Part shown: piece by piece, positions 50,255-61,413 of the stretch
Numbering within the stretch: position 1 is the stretch's first letter
How the letters are laid out: each line of letters begins with the position of its first letter
Assembly (NCBI GenBank): GCA_026770705.1
Contig: JANJGN010000009.1
Location: forward strand, 35,526,001-35,590,000
Direction of reading: 5' to 3'
From: Isurus oxyrinchus
Taxonomy: Eukaryota
Length of the DNA stretch: 64,000 nucleotides
Translations under genes and position numbers: made by a program
Notes under the pieces: generated by a model
What the model was told of the DNA's origin: nothing
Database searches by the model: none
The model's input: only the letters and a program-made list of their open reading frames with translations

Positions 50255-51915
50255 TTTGTTTTATTCAATCATGGGATGTGGGCTTTGCTGGCTGGGCCAG
50301 CATTTATTGCCCATTCCTAGTTGCCCTTGGGAAGGTGGTGGTGAGCTACCTGCTTGAACTGCTGCAGTCCCTGTGGTGTAGATACACATACTGTGCTGTT
50401 AGTAAGGGTTTGACCAGGATTTTGACCCAACGACAATGAAGGAATGGTGATATATTTCCAAGTCAGGATGGTGAGTGACTTGGAGGGGAACTTCCAGATG
50501 GTGGTGTTCCCATCTATCTGCTGTCCTTGTCCTTCTAGATGTTTGTGGCCGAGGGTTTGGAAGGTGCTGTCTAAGGAGCTTTGGTGAGTTCTTGCCGTGC
50601 ATCTTGTAGATGATGCACACTGCTGATACTATGCTGTTGGAGGGGGTGAATGTTTATGGATTTGGTGCCAATCAAGTGGGCTGCTTTTTCCTGGACAGTG
50701 TCAAGCTTTTTGACTGTTGTGGGCGCCGCACTCATCCAGGCAATTGGGGAGTATTCCATCACACTCCTGACTTGTGCCTTGTAGATGGTGGACAGGTTTT
50801 GGGGAGTCAGGAGGTGAGTTACTCATCACACGATTCCTAGCTTTTGACCTATAGCCACAGTATTTATATGGCTAGTCCAGTTCAGTTTCTGGTCAACGGT
50901 AACCTCGAGGATGTTGATAGTGGGTTATTTAGTGATGGTAATTCCTTTGAACATCAGGAGCAATGGTTGGATTTTCTCTTGTTGGAGATGGTTATTTCCT
51001 GGCACTTGTGTGGTGTGAATGTTACTTGCCACTTGTCAGCCCAAGCCTGGATATTGTCCAGGCCTTGTTGCATTTGGATATGCACTGTTTCATTATCTGA
51101 GGAGTCACGAATGGTGCTGATCATTGTGCAATCATCAGTGAACGTCCCCACTTTTGATTGTTTTTGATTTTGATTGGTTAGCTGTTTTGTCCAGGTTTGA
51201 ACCAAGGCTGTAATGAGGGCAAGAGCTGAGTGGCCGTGGCTGAACACCAAGTGGGCATCAGTGAGCAGGTTACTGCTAAGCAAGTGTCACTTGTTAGGAC
51301 TGTTGATGACCCCTTCCATTACTTTACTAATGATGGAGAGTGGACTGATGGGGTGGCAATTGGCTGAGTTGGATTTGTCCTGCTTTTTGTGTACAGGACA
51401 TACCTGGGCAATTTTCCACATAGCCAGGACGATGCCAGTGTTGTAGCTGTTATGGAACAGCTTGGCTAGGGGCACGGCAAGTTCTGGAGCACATGCCTTC
51501 AGTGCTATAGCCAATATGTCCAGGCCTGGCTGTATTTAGATATGTACTGCTTCATTATCTGAGTAGTCGTGAATGGTGCTGATTATTGCACAATCATCAG
51601 TGAACATCCCCACTTTTGACCTTGTGATGGAAGGAAGGTCATTGATGAAGCAGTGAAGATGGTTTGGCTGAGGACTCTCCCCTGAGGAACTCCTGCAGTG
51701 ATGTCCTGAGCTGAGATGGTTGACCTCCAATGAACATTGTCAGGGCCCATAGCCTTTGCAGTATCCAGTGCCTTCAGCTGTTTCTTGATATCACGTGGAG
51801 TGAATTGAATTGGCTGAAGACTGGCATCTGTGATGCTGGGGACCTCCAGAGGAGGCCAAGATGGATCATCCACTTGGCACTTCTGGCTGAAGATTGTAGC
51901 AAATGCTTCAGCCTT
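50255..51915 (-). mobile_element. Rearranged family-B LINE fragment
   Basis: 3' tail at 50255. The FTDDC motif occurs twice (~51135 and ~51595), separated by the upstream KKQDKSN segment. Confidence 0.85.
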
Positions 51916-52007
51916 CTGTCATTTCCAGCTTCCCTTTCCTCATCAATTTCTTTTTATGCTATTGACACTAATACGATCATTGTAACTTTAAAATTTCCCA
52001 TCTTCAT

Positions 52008-52655
52008 AGGAATGTAAGAACAAGAGCAGGCCATTAAGCCCATCAAGCTTGTTGAGCCGTTCATAACAATCAAAATCACAATCGCAGTTGTTTGGTATCT
52101 TAGCTTCATTTAACCACCTTGGTTCGAAAACCCTTAATACGCTCGCCAAACAAAAAAATCATGTTTGAGATTTTTTTTGTTGCTTTATTCTCAACAGTTT
52201 TTTTGGGGATAAGCTTCTAGGTTTCCATGTGAAGACATTCTTCTTAATATTACCACTCAATGACCTAACTCTAATTTTATGTTAATGTTGCTTGTTCTGG
52301 TTGCCCCCACCAAATAGTTTACTTCTATCTACCCTATCAATATTTTTAAAAATAACATAAACATCTCAATGAGATCATCCTTTAACGTTCTATACTTGAG
52401 GAAATGTAAGCATGGTCTGTTCAATCTGTCCTTTTAATCCCTAACCTTTTTAGCCCCTGTCTCATTCTGGTGAATCTGCGCTGTTCTCCTTCCAGGGTCA
52501 ATATATCTTTCCTGAGATTCAGTGCCAAGAATTGAACACTGCAATCTAGATGAGGTCCAACAAGAGCTTAACATAAAAATAACAGGATTTGTACCAATTT
52601 TGTATTCCAGCCTCTGTGAGATAAAGGCCAACATTCTTTTTTGCCTTTTAAATTA
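52008..52655 (-). mobile_element. Diverged CR1 (family A) 3' end
   Basis: MLAFISQRLEYK, QCSILGT and a CR1-type tail. Confidence 0.7.
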
Positions 52656-52812
52656 TTTTTTGTGCGACATAATATGGATATATGGATCTCTAAATTCCTT
52701 TATTCAGGCCATTTATAAATAGGCTGAAAATCTGAAGCTTTAATACAGATAGTGAGGGACACCATTCCATCACATCCTGCAAATTTGAGACTATACATAC
52801 ATACCACTCTCT

Positions 52813-54084
52813 GGGCGGAATCATCCCAGATTTGCAGTGTGTGTGGTAGTGGGTGGGTATAACAACAAAGCAATGGTAGCTTCTTACGCTGTATCGTCCC
52901 AAACCCGCTGTATTAATTCCCGGGAAACACGCTGTTTCCATGACAGGCAGGTACCGATTCACCCACAAAGTCTTCACCTCGCTGCTTCATCATGCCAGGC
53001 ACCACATTTAAAGCACAGCCACATGCGCACCCTCTCAGTGCTTCCAGCCCAGGACTGCTGCAAATAAGACATGGCCCCAAAAGGCAAGAAGTCTGCAACC
53101 CCAGGTTTAGTTTCATGCCCCTTCAGTGCCTTTTGGGCGTAGTGTAGGCCTGCCATGAAGTCCTCTACCCTCGCTCTGGCTGCAGGAGAGGCAGCAACAT
53201 CACCTCTCTGCCTTGGGAGGCAATAGCGGTGGTGATCAGTGCCAATGCTGCGCAGAAAAGGTTGGTCATCCAATGCAGATAAAGGATGAATGATCTCATC
53301 CATGCTACCAGGATAAGGTAACTGTCTCATCATTCTATACTCACACACTCAAGCCCATCACACGTTCAATGACATCTCACTCACTGCCAGCTCAAGGGAC
53401 ATCGCCACTCACTCTTTCACACACACCCTCACATCTCTATCTGATCTTATCTGCTCTAGAGGCTGCCTCCTCAGCCCTCACCATCTTGAGGCAACTTGTA
53501 CAGATCAACTTGTGCCCCCACACAAATCCTGGGATACCCTCTTCCTCAGTACAGTCCTCACCCTGCAGCCTCTTCCCTTGCCTGAGGCCACTTCTCCCCC
53601 TTCCTCAAACAAGCCCTTGCTCTGCAGCCATACAAAACCACCCCCGCTTTATGGCTGGCCTGGCAGATACAGTCCCCTAAAAGTGATGTGGTGCTGCCTG
53701 CGAAGACTGGTGCTGATGATGACGAGTGCTGTCTGAGCAAGATAGGCAAACAAACCTCAAAGTCCCGAATGAAGTGCAGCTCGCCAGGTGTACGTCACTT
53801 ATATGCAGTTGTGCAACACATCAGCGTGCAATAATGTCGACGTGGTCGTACAACCCAGTGTGGAAGGATGAGTCCAGAGGGCTAGCCTTAAAATGATATG
53901 CATATGTATCACAATGAGGTTCCTGAGGTCCGATGTCAGGTTATATGGCCTGCCATTGAGGGGGTAAGCAGATGCTTGCAAACTGGTTTTACGATGCTGT
54001 GAAGCAGTTTTTGGCCTTCTCGCTATATTGTCCACTTACACTGCCGAGCATGGCCAACGCCTGCAGGCATGGAAAATTCCGCCC
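52813..54084 (+). mobile_element. 1.27-kb non-autonomous Harbinger element with Myb-like exon 1 (second copy)
   Basis: TIRs gggcggaat / aattccgccc, flanks tct/tcc. ATGGCCCCAAAAGGCAAGAAG at 53071. Collinear with 15152-16426 reversed. Confidence 0.85.
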
Positions 54085-56991
54085 TCCATCTCCTACCCAC
54101 TAACCAATTTCCTCCCCTAAATGATACTTAAATTTCACTATGCCAATTCAAGGCACCATTTCCTACTTTAATCCATTCTTTTCCAGGAACTGACAATTTC
54201 AGAACTCCAAACCCCCTCCACTCCCTCCTTCTCCAAAAACCTTGATGCTTTTAGAACTCAAGCTAATCCTTGAACTGCCTGTCTCCTACACTTTTCAGCC
54301 TTGCCAATGTACTGATCTTGGCCTTGCACTTCATAGACAGATTTCTAAATTTAAAGCAGTGGAGAAGCCAACATGCCTCATATGTGGTAATATCATGATT
54401 GAGATATAAAGTCCTTCTCATGAGTGGGATAAAATGCTTGCTTTGCAGTAAACATTTTACTTACATCACAGGTAAAATATACATCTATGAATACAATAAA
54501 ACTTCTTCAAAACTCTCATATAATTGCAGGACTGCTTAGTGCCATTGCAAATTATTATGCCCTACCATAGATTTGCCATTGAGAATAATGTTATATCGCC
54601 TGCTTTCCGGTAGGAAAATAACAATTCTGCACTGGCAAAGGCATGTTTTCAGCTTAGGAAAGAATAAGAGTCTGGAGGCTTGGTGACTGCAATGCTCTGG
54701 AATTACTCAACAGGCTAAACCACTGTTAGTTTCTGAAGTTGACCCAATGAATTATTTATCGCAGCACAAAGCTCATGGAATCTGCAAAAGGACAGGCAGG
54801 AAACAACACTTAAAAGGTTGCCACTTTTACTTTAAAGGAATGCAACCACTTAAAGATAAGTAGTCGCAAATTAAGTAAAAATTGTCATAGCCTTTAAATA
54901 GTCTGCAAATGCTTGACAAGTATATTTCAACATTTGTAATGGCTGGTAAAGGGACAGATACAAAATGCAATTGATGGGTACATTTTGGCTCAAAACTTAA
55001 ATTCCCATGTTTTGTAAAGTGGAAATGCCACTGCATGAAGTGGATGCAAGGACAGTTTGTCCCTGGTGAGATCCCAAATTTATCTTAAAATCCAGGTCTC
55101 ATCGCAACATGCCTTCATGCAGTTGCTGCAGTGGTCACTGATCCTGATGGTGCTGCTAGGACCTGGGAGCTATGAACTATTTGATTGGCCAGCAGTTACT
55201 GGAGGCGGGTTGGCCTCTCAAAAGATGACCCAATGACCCTTAAATGGCTGCAGGGCGAGCAGGCCAAGCAAGAGCCCTTGTGTAAAATTCATCCCATATT
55301 CTTTGTTTCTACACACTCAAAACACATTCCGGGAACCTATATGACACTTTCAAGACATCTTGCCCAATGCATTGCAGTTCAGCTTCCCTGAGTGTGAATA
55401 GCTAGGGTTAGATCTGCGTACAACATCCAGAGGACTTGGGATTATACGTCAAAGTAAATAAAACATCTTAAGAAAGCTGCCTAGTTGGTAGATGTCTAAA
55501 GTATGGATCACAGTTGTTATGTTTCTTCATTTACCCACCTTGGTGCTATAACCCTTAATATTCTTGCCTAACAAAAAAAAAATCATTTTTGAGATGTTTT
55601 TGTTGTTTTAATTTCAACAGCTTTTTTAAGGGATAGGTTTCCAGATATCCACTAATCTTTGTGTGAAAATCTCAAAAATGATCTTTTGTTTTTGTTAGGT
55701 GAAGGTATGAAAGGTTATAGAACCAAGGTAGGTATATGAAGCTAAGATACATAGGAAATGCAAATGTTTGACAAGTATATTTCAACATTTGTAACAGCTT
55801 GTAAAGGTCCATACTTTGGACATCTACCGATTGGGCAGTTTTCTTAAGATGTTCTATTTACTTTGACTTATGGTCCCAGGTAATGTCTGTCAGACTGTTC
55901 TGCATTCCCTATTGGGTCACCCCAAAATCTCAAACAACTCTGAGCTCTTTTGCTGTTTATTATGCATGCACCAAATGGAGAAGGCACATACATTATTGAC
56001 CTTCTCACTTAAGATGAACATCCCTGGGACATATACACACATCTTCCAAAAATAATATTGTGGCAATACAACCTAGCAGTGCAGCAACAATATAATGCTG
56101 CTGTTGTTAATTTATGAGAAAGGAGGTGAAAAGTACATGACAATCCTGATCAATACAGTTGTATGTCAGCTGGTAAGAGGCAGAGACAAAAATTGTTTAC
56201 AATGTGGCCACTGGAAAAAGTAAGAAAAGACAAAAAATGATAAAAATGCCAACGAATGAAGAAAAAGTCAGTATTACAAATGCACTGAAAAAAATACCAA
56301 AGATTATGTGCCCATTCCTTCACCTCTAAGAGGCCCATTACCTACCATATGTAAAAATTGTTAAACTAGCTTTTGGGTGTGTTATGCATGCAAAGTTGCA
56401 TTTGGTCAAACTGCATGTGTTAGCCACAAAATCAAAATAACGGGTAACATAACATAGTTTGTTAATTCCATCCCTTACTGTTTAGAATTGGCAATCTTCT
56501 GTTACACATTTTTAATGGGATTTGGACTATAGTTGGGGAATGAACAGTGACATAATCCACCAGTAACAAGGCCCACAAGTGAATTATATAAAGCATTGTC
56601 TTCCATAATTCATTCAGAAAACAAAGCTCTCTTATATTCAACAGCTCTATGACTCAGTCTATCTGGCTCTTTGTAATTTTGTTCACTCTTTTTTGTCTCT
56701 GAAAATGTATCTAATTTGCTTGTGAACCCATTCATACTATCTGTTTCAGTACATTTCCCTAATAAATTATTCCATCACTCCATTACCTTTTGGAGAAAAT
56801 AAAATTCTTCTGTTCCTTTTTTAGTAGCTTCGATAGTATTAAAACTTTTTGCCACAGTGATACATTTGCCTGTATCAGTTCAGTCAATTCCCTTCAGAGG
56901 CTTCATTCCCAAGAAATGAGAAGGTGAGAGTTGACTGACGGGAGGTATTTTAAACGATGATTGGAATTGATAGTGTAGAAACAAAGAATAT

Positions 56992-57657
56992 GGGCTGAAT
57001 TTTTACACAAGGACGCTACTTGGCCATCTCACCCTGTAGCCATTTAAGGGTCATCATATCCCCTTTTGGGAGGACACGCCGCCTTCCAAGAGCTGCTGGC
57101 CAATCAAATAGCTGGCAGCCCTCTGGTCCCAGCAACACCACTGGAAGCAGTGGCCATTGCTGCAACTGCAGGAGTCCCAAAGAAGACATGTTGCAATGGA
57201 GCCCAGACTTAAGGTAAATTTGGGGTCTCCCCTGGGTACAGTCTTGTAGGCCCCAGTGTGGAGAGTGATAGGGGTGGGGGACTGGGGTGGACAGGACACA
57301 AGGGGAATCCCAGGGGTGGAAAGACCTTGGGGGAGGCCTTTGATGGGTACCTCACCCTGACCCCCCCACCAGTGAAAGTTGCCACACTCCATATTTGGCA
57401 TGGGCCTTGGCCTCGCAGGTAAAATACCAGTGGTGGCAAGAGGAGGCTAATTAATGGCCACTTAAGGTCCTCAATTGGCTGACGAAAGTGCAGGCCTCCC
57501 GATGCCTCCACACCACCAATAAAATTGTGGCAGGTCAGGTGTGCAGGTGCCAGGAACAATATACATGGCATAGCGTCAAATTTTACAGCCACCCCCCCCA
57601 CACCCCCCAACCCGCCACCTGCCAACCTGCCCCCAGCAGAGCTGTAAAATTCAGTCC
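56992..57657. mobile_element. Harbinger-type non-autonomous element (~670 bp)
   Basis: TIRs gggctgaatttt / aaaattcagtcc, flanks tat/cat. Confidence 0.7.
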
Positions 57658-57974
57658 CATGTTTCCACCTGTGGCAAGTCCAAACCGAAGGGTCATATAT
57701 ATAAGACAATTACTAATAAATCCATAAAGATCTCTGGAGAATCAGAGATTGGTTTGAATATGAAACTGCTTAAACACAAAGAGCAGTTAGGCCAAATAGC
57801 ATAGATACTTTTAAGGGCAAGGTGGACAGGTACATGAGGGAGAGAGGAATAGAAGGATATGTAAAAAGGGTAGAAGATAGGATTAGATGAAGAATGGTTG
57901 GAGGAGAATCGTGTGGAGCATAAACACCACCATAGGCCAATTGCCCAAATGGTGATAATGGTGGAAATACATCG

Positions 57975-58170
57975 TAACTCCTTCACTTTCGCTGGGTCAA
58001 AATCCTGGAACTCCCTTCTTAACAGCACTGTGGGTGTACCTACACCACATGGACTGCAGCGGTTCAAGAAGGCAGCTCACCACCATCTTCTCAATGGCAG
58101 CTAGGGATGGGCAATAAATGCTGGCCCAGCCAGCGAAGCTCACATCCCGTGAATGAATTAAAAAATAAAT
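57975..58170 (+). mobile_element. Family-B LINE 3' tail
   Basis: gggtcaaaatcctggaactcccttc...agggatgggcaataaatgctggcc...gtgaatgaatt. Confidence 0.85.
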
Positions 58171-59039
58171 GGTCAATTTCTGTGCAGTAAATTCTATGTA
58201 CTTCTCTATGATTTTGAACAGTTTAACTGGATCATCCCCCAAAAAAGCCAAGTTTCCTAACTCATCCTCTAAAGTTAGAAGCTTTATTCACAAAGTCATC
58301 TTTACTGTTCTCCTGTATAACCTTACAAGGGGGACAATGTCCTTTCTTTGATTATAGATAGACAAAACTGAACTGTTGAGAGAGGGGGCAGGCAAATACC
58401 TTATCTAAATAAGGATGCAATGACTTTTGTTTTTTGCATTCTTGGTAAAAATTTGCTGAGACCTTGCCTCACCAGCAAGGCTGGTTTTCAGCAAGCAGTT
58501 TACAGAAAAATCACTTATTCTTGGCCTGCGATATTCCATGTCTCAGAACAATTTTCTAATAAAACATCTGCTGTTTGTGAGGATTTACTGGTGCCATGAG
58601 GTCTTGTACCATTTTTCTTTCTTTACCTTGCTAATGTGACATGGTTGCTTTGTGAAAACATTGAAGTGTTAGAACTTACTGATTTTGCCTGTGGGTTCAT
58701 TACAATATTTATTTATTTTTTAATGAATATATCAAAGTAGAAAATTAATATCTAGCTCTTGTGGAGGTGAATTAGGGCTTCTTTTTGATTCTGTGCTGTG
58801 TGATCAGATTCCAGATTTCAGCAGCTCTTAGAGAATCCATGAAAATCGAACCAAAACTTAAAAATCTCAGTCAACACTGAATATTTGCCAAACTCATTTG
58901 GATTTCAACTTCGTTCCTTTCAAAAGGCATATGCATATACATATCATCATTGAGAAAGCACGCACCTGAGAAAAGGAGCTTAAAGCTTGATTTCACTCTT
59001 TTGCCCCATCATTTTCTCCCTTATGTTCTGAACATCAGA

Positions 59040-61410
59040 AGATAAGAAATAGAAGAGGAAGCAGACCCTAAGGCCTCATGATCTTGTCTTGCCGTTTAAT
59101 AAGATTAAAGTTGATCTCTGCCCTCAATTCCAATTTCCCAATCCCTATATTCCTTGATTCCCCAGGAGTTCAAAAATCCATCAATCACAGCCTTGAATTT
59201 ACATAATAACTGAACATCCACAGCTCTCTTAGGTACAGAATTTCAAAAATTCACAACCCTTTGAATGAATAAATTTCTCCTTATCTCAGTCTTAAATGAG
59301 TAACCTTTTACCCTGAGGTTATGACCTGGATTTTCATCTTTGAGGTGGGTAGCAGGAGTTGGGAAACTTCCCGGCTTCACGCACTCACCTAGGGAGAACA
59401 TGCCCACAAAGATGTGATCTTCATTGCTGGGAAGTAGGTGCAGGCTGCATTCGGGCCAGCCCAACTAGGAAAGAAGTTGAAGGCAGCCACAGGGGCTGCT
59501 GGGTGCCGAGGTGACTGTTTAAAAGGCCCATCTCAGTGCTGTGGGACTTGGTCCAAGTTGTAATGCAAAAGGTAAGGCCCTCCAGACTCACCCCTCACCC
59601 TGCCACACATACATTCCCCATGCCCCATCAATGCCACCTCATGACCCTCTATGCATGCCTAATAGTCCATCATGTCTTCTTCGCTAAGTTATACCCCTCC
59701 ATCCTCTAATGGTCCTTCATGCCCACTATGCCAATCTATGGCACTTCCATACCCAATGACACAACACAAACTGTTTAATGAACCCTATTATGACATTAGT
59801 ATAAAAATGCTTTTAAAAAAGCCATTCATTCATAACTTTCCACTATATTAAACAAGTCATTTTATTACAATGCCATAAAAGTGTCAATTACCCAGACTCT
59901 TTAAAATATTAATAGCAGAACCTACAAGCATTCTTAATCAAGTGCAAATAAATATTGTGCATTTGGCAGCAGAGATCAGAGAGCCAGAGCTGTCACTCAA
60001 GCAATGTTTTCCATGGGGTTCAGGTGTTTCAACAGACTAATGGATTTCTGGGGTCTTAGGCACAAATGCATAACAATTTTTGGCTGAGAGCCCAGAAATC
60101 TATTAGTCTTGTTATGTAACCTTTTGTTTAAAGTAGATAAACTTTGAAGACCTAGATACCTACTAGGAGAAAAAAGCCACAAGATTTCATAGATTTAAAC
60201 AAAATAAACTTTATTGTACAGAATCAGAAGATTCAAACAATTTATGATATCTGTCTTATAAGCTTACATTCAAATTTAACATGATGTAAATATGAATTAA
60301 CAGGCAAACTATTATTAAACATAACACACTGCACATTAAATGGCAGATGCTACTATACAGATCTCATGGATTTCTCAGCAACCCACCCAGATGTCAGTGG
60401 CCACTATGAGCCACAACATCTCGTTAAAACTCTGTAACCCTCACAAGAGATTCCAACATTTCATTTTTGAAGATGTAGCCTCTAAATTCCTTCAAAAAAT
60501 CACTCCAGCTCGGGCTGCCTCAATGCCTGCTCATCTCCTGATGGTTCAATCTCTTCTCTTAAGACTTGCCTTGTAGTAAAATTATCTTTTTTTCACATAG
60601 TGGAAAGTTATGAATGAATGACATTTTTTAAGCTTTTGTTACACACCCTATTTTCACTATAGGACCCATTGGTTCTATACAGTGTGTAACAGGTCAATGG
60701 GCATGGGAGTGCCACATCTTGGCATAGAGGGCATGAGGGTCCATGCAAGCGGGTGAAGGGGCATAGCTTGGTATAGGGGTATGAGGGGCCACAGGGGGTG
60801 TGTAGAGAGGCATAGTGCATAGGGAACACAAAGACAACCTTTTGAACTTAACTTTCAAAAGTTTCTATCATGCAGACTATTGTTCCTGATACCCCTGAGG
60901 TGCTGTGAACCAAGACTCTTTAAAAAGCTGGTCCAGCTCCATAAAAATTGCAGAGGTCTAGGACATGCTTATCTCCACAATGGAGCTGGCCAAGTTGAGA
61001 TTCAGAGTGCTGCCATGCAACCTGAACCAGCCTGCGCCCTTAAAAGGCCCTGGTGAAAACTGGAAAGAAAAGGAATGAGGTCAGGAATCCCAGAACCAAG
61101 TTATGCCCATCAATTTTAAAGGACTCCCGAATTATCTCAACTCAATGAAAATCCAGGCCTATATCTCTTAGTTCTAGGCCATCCAGGCAGGGTAAACAAC
61201 CTCTCAGCATCTACTTTGTCAAACCTTCAGAATTGTATAAGTTTCAATAAGATCTCCTCTCAATTTTATAAACTCCAGAGATTACAGACCTAATCTCACT
61301 TTTTAGGACAAAAGTCCTTTCAGTCAAGTATATCCTTCCTTGGACGGAGAGACCAAAACTGTCCAAAGTGCTCCAGGCGTGGTCTCACCAAAGCCCTGTA
61401 TAATTGTAGG
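59040..61410 (-). mobile_element. CR1 (family A) 3' fragment split by the fold-back element and truncated by the Harbinger at 61414
   Basis: HNLRVKGYSFKTEIRRNLFIQRVVNF left of the insert. LYRALVRPRLE-like sequence at 61370-61405. Confidence 0.75.
59323..61159. mobile_element. ~1.8-kb fold-back Harbinger-type element with long imperfect inverted arms and an LTR-like internal fragment (~60110-60575)
   Basis: TIRs gacctggattttcat / atgaaaatccaggcc with perfect TAT TSD. cattcattcataactttccactat (~59823) is the reverse complement of atagtggaaagttatgaatgaatg (~60597). Confidence 0.8.
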
Positions 61411-61413
61411 AAG

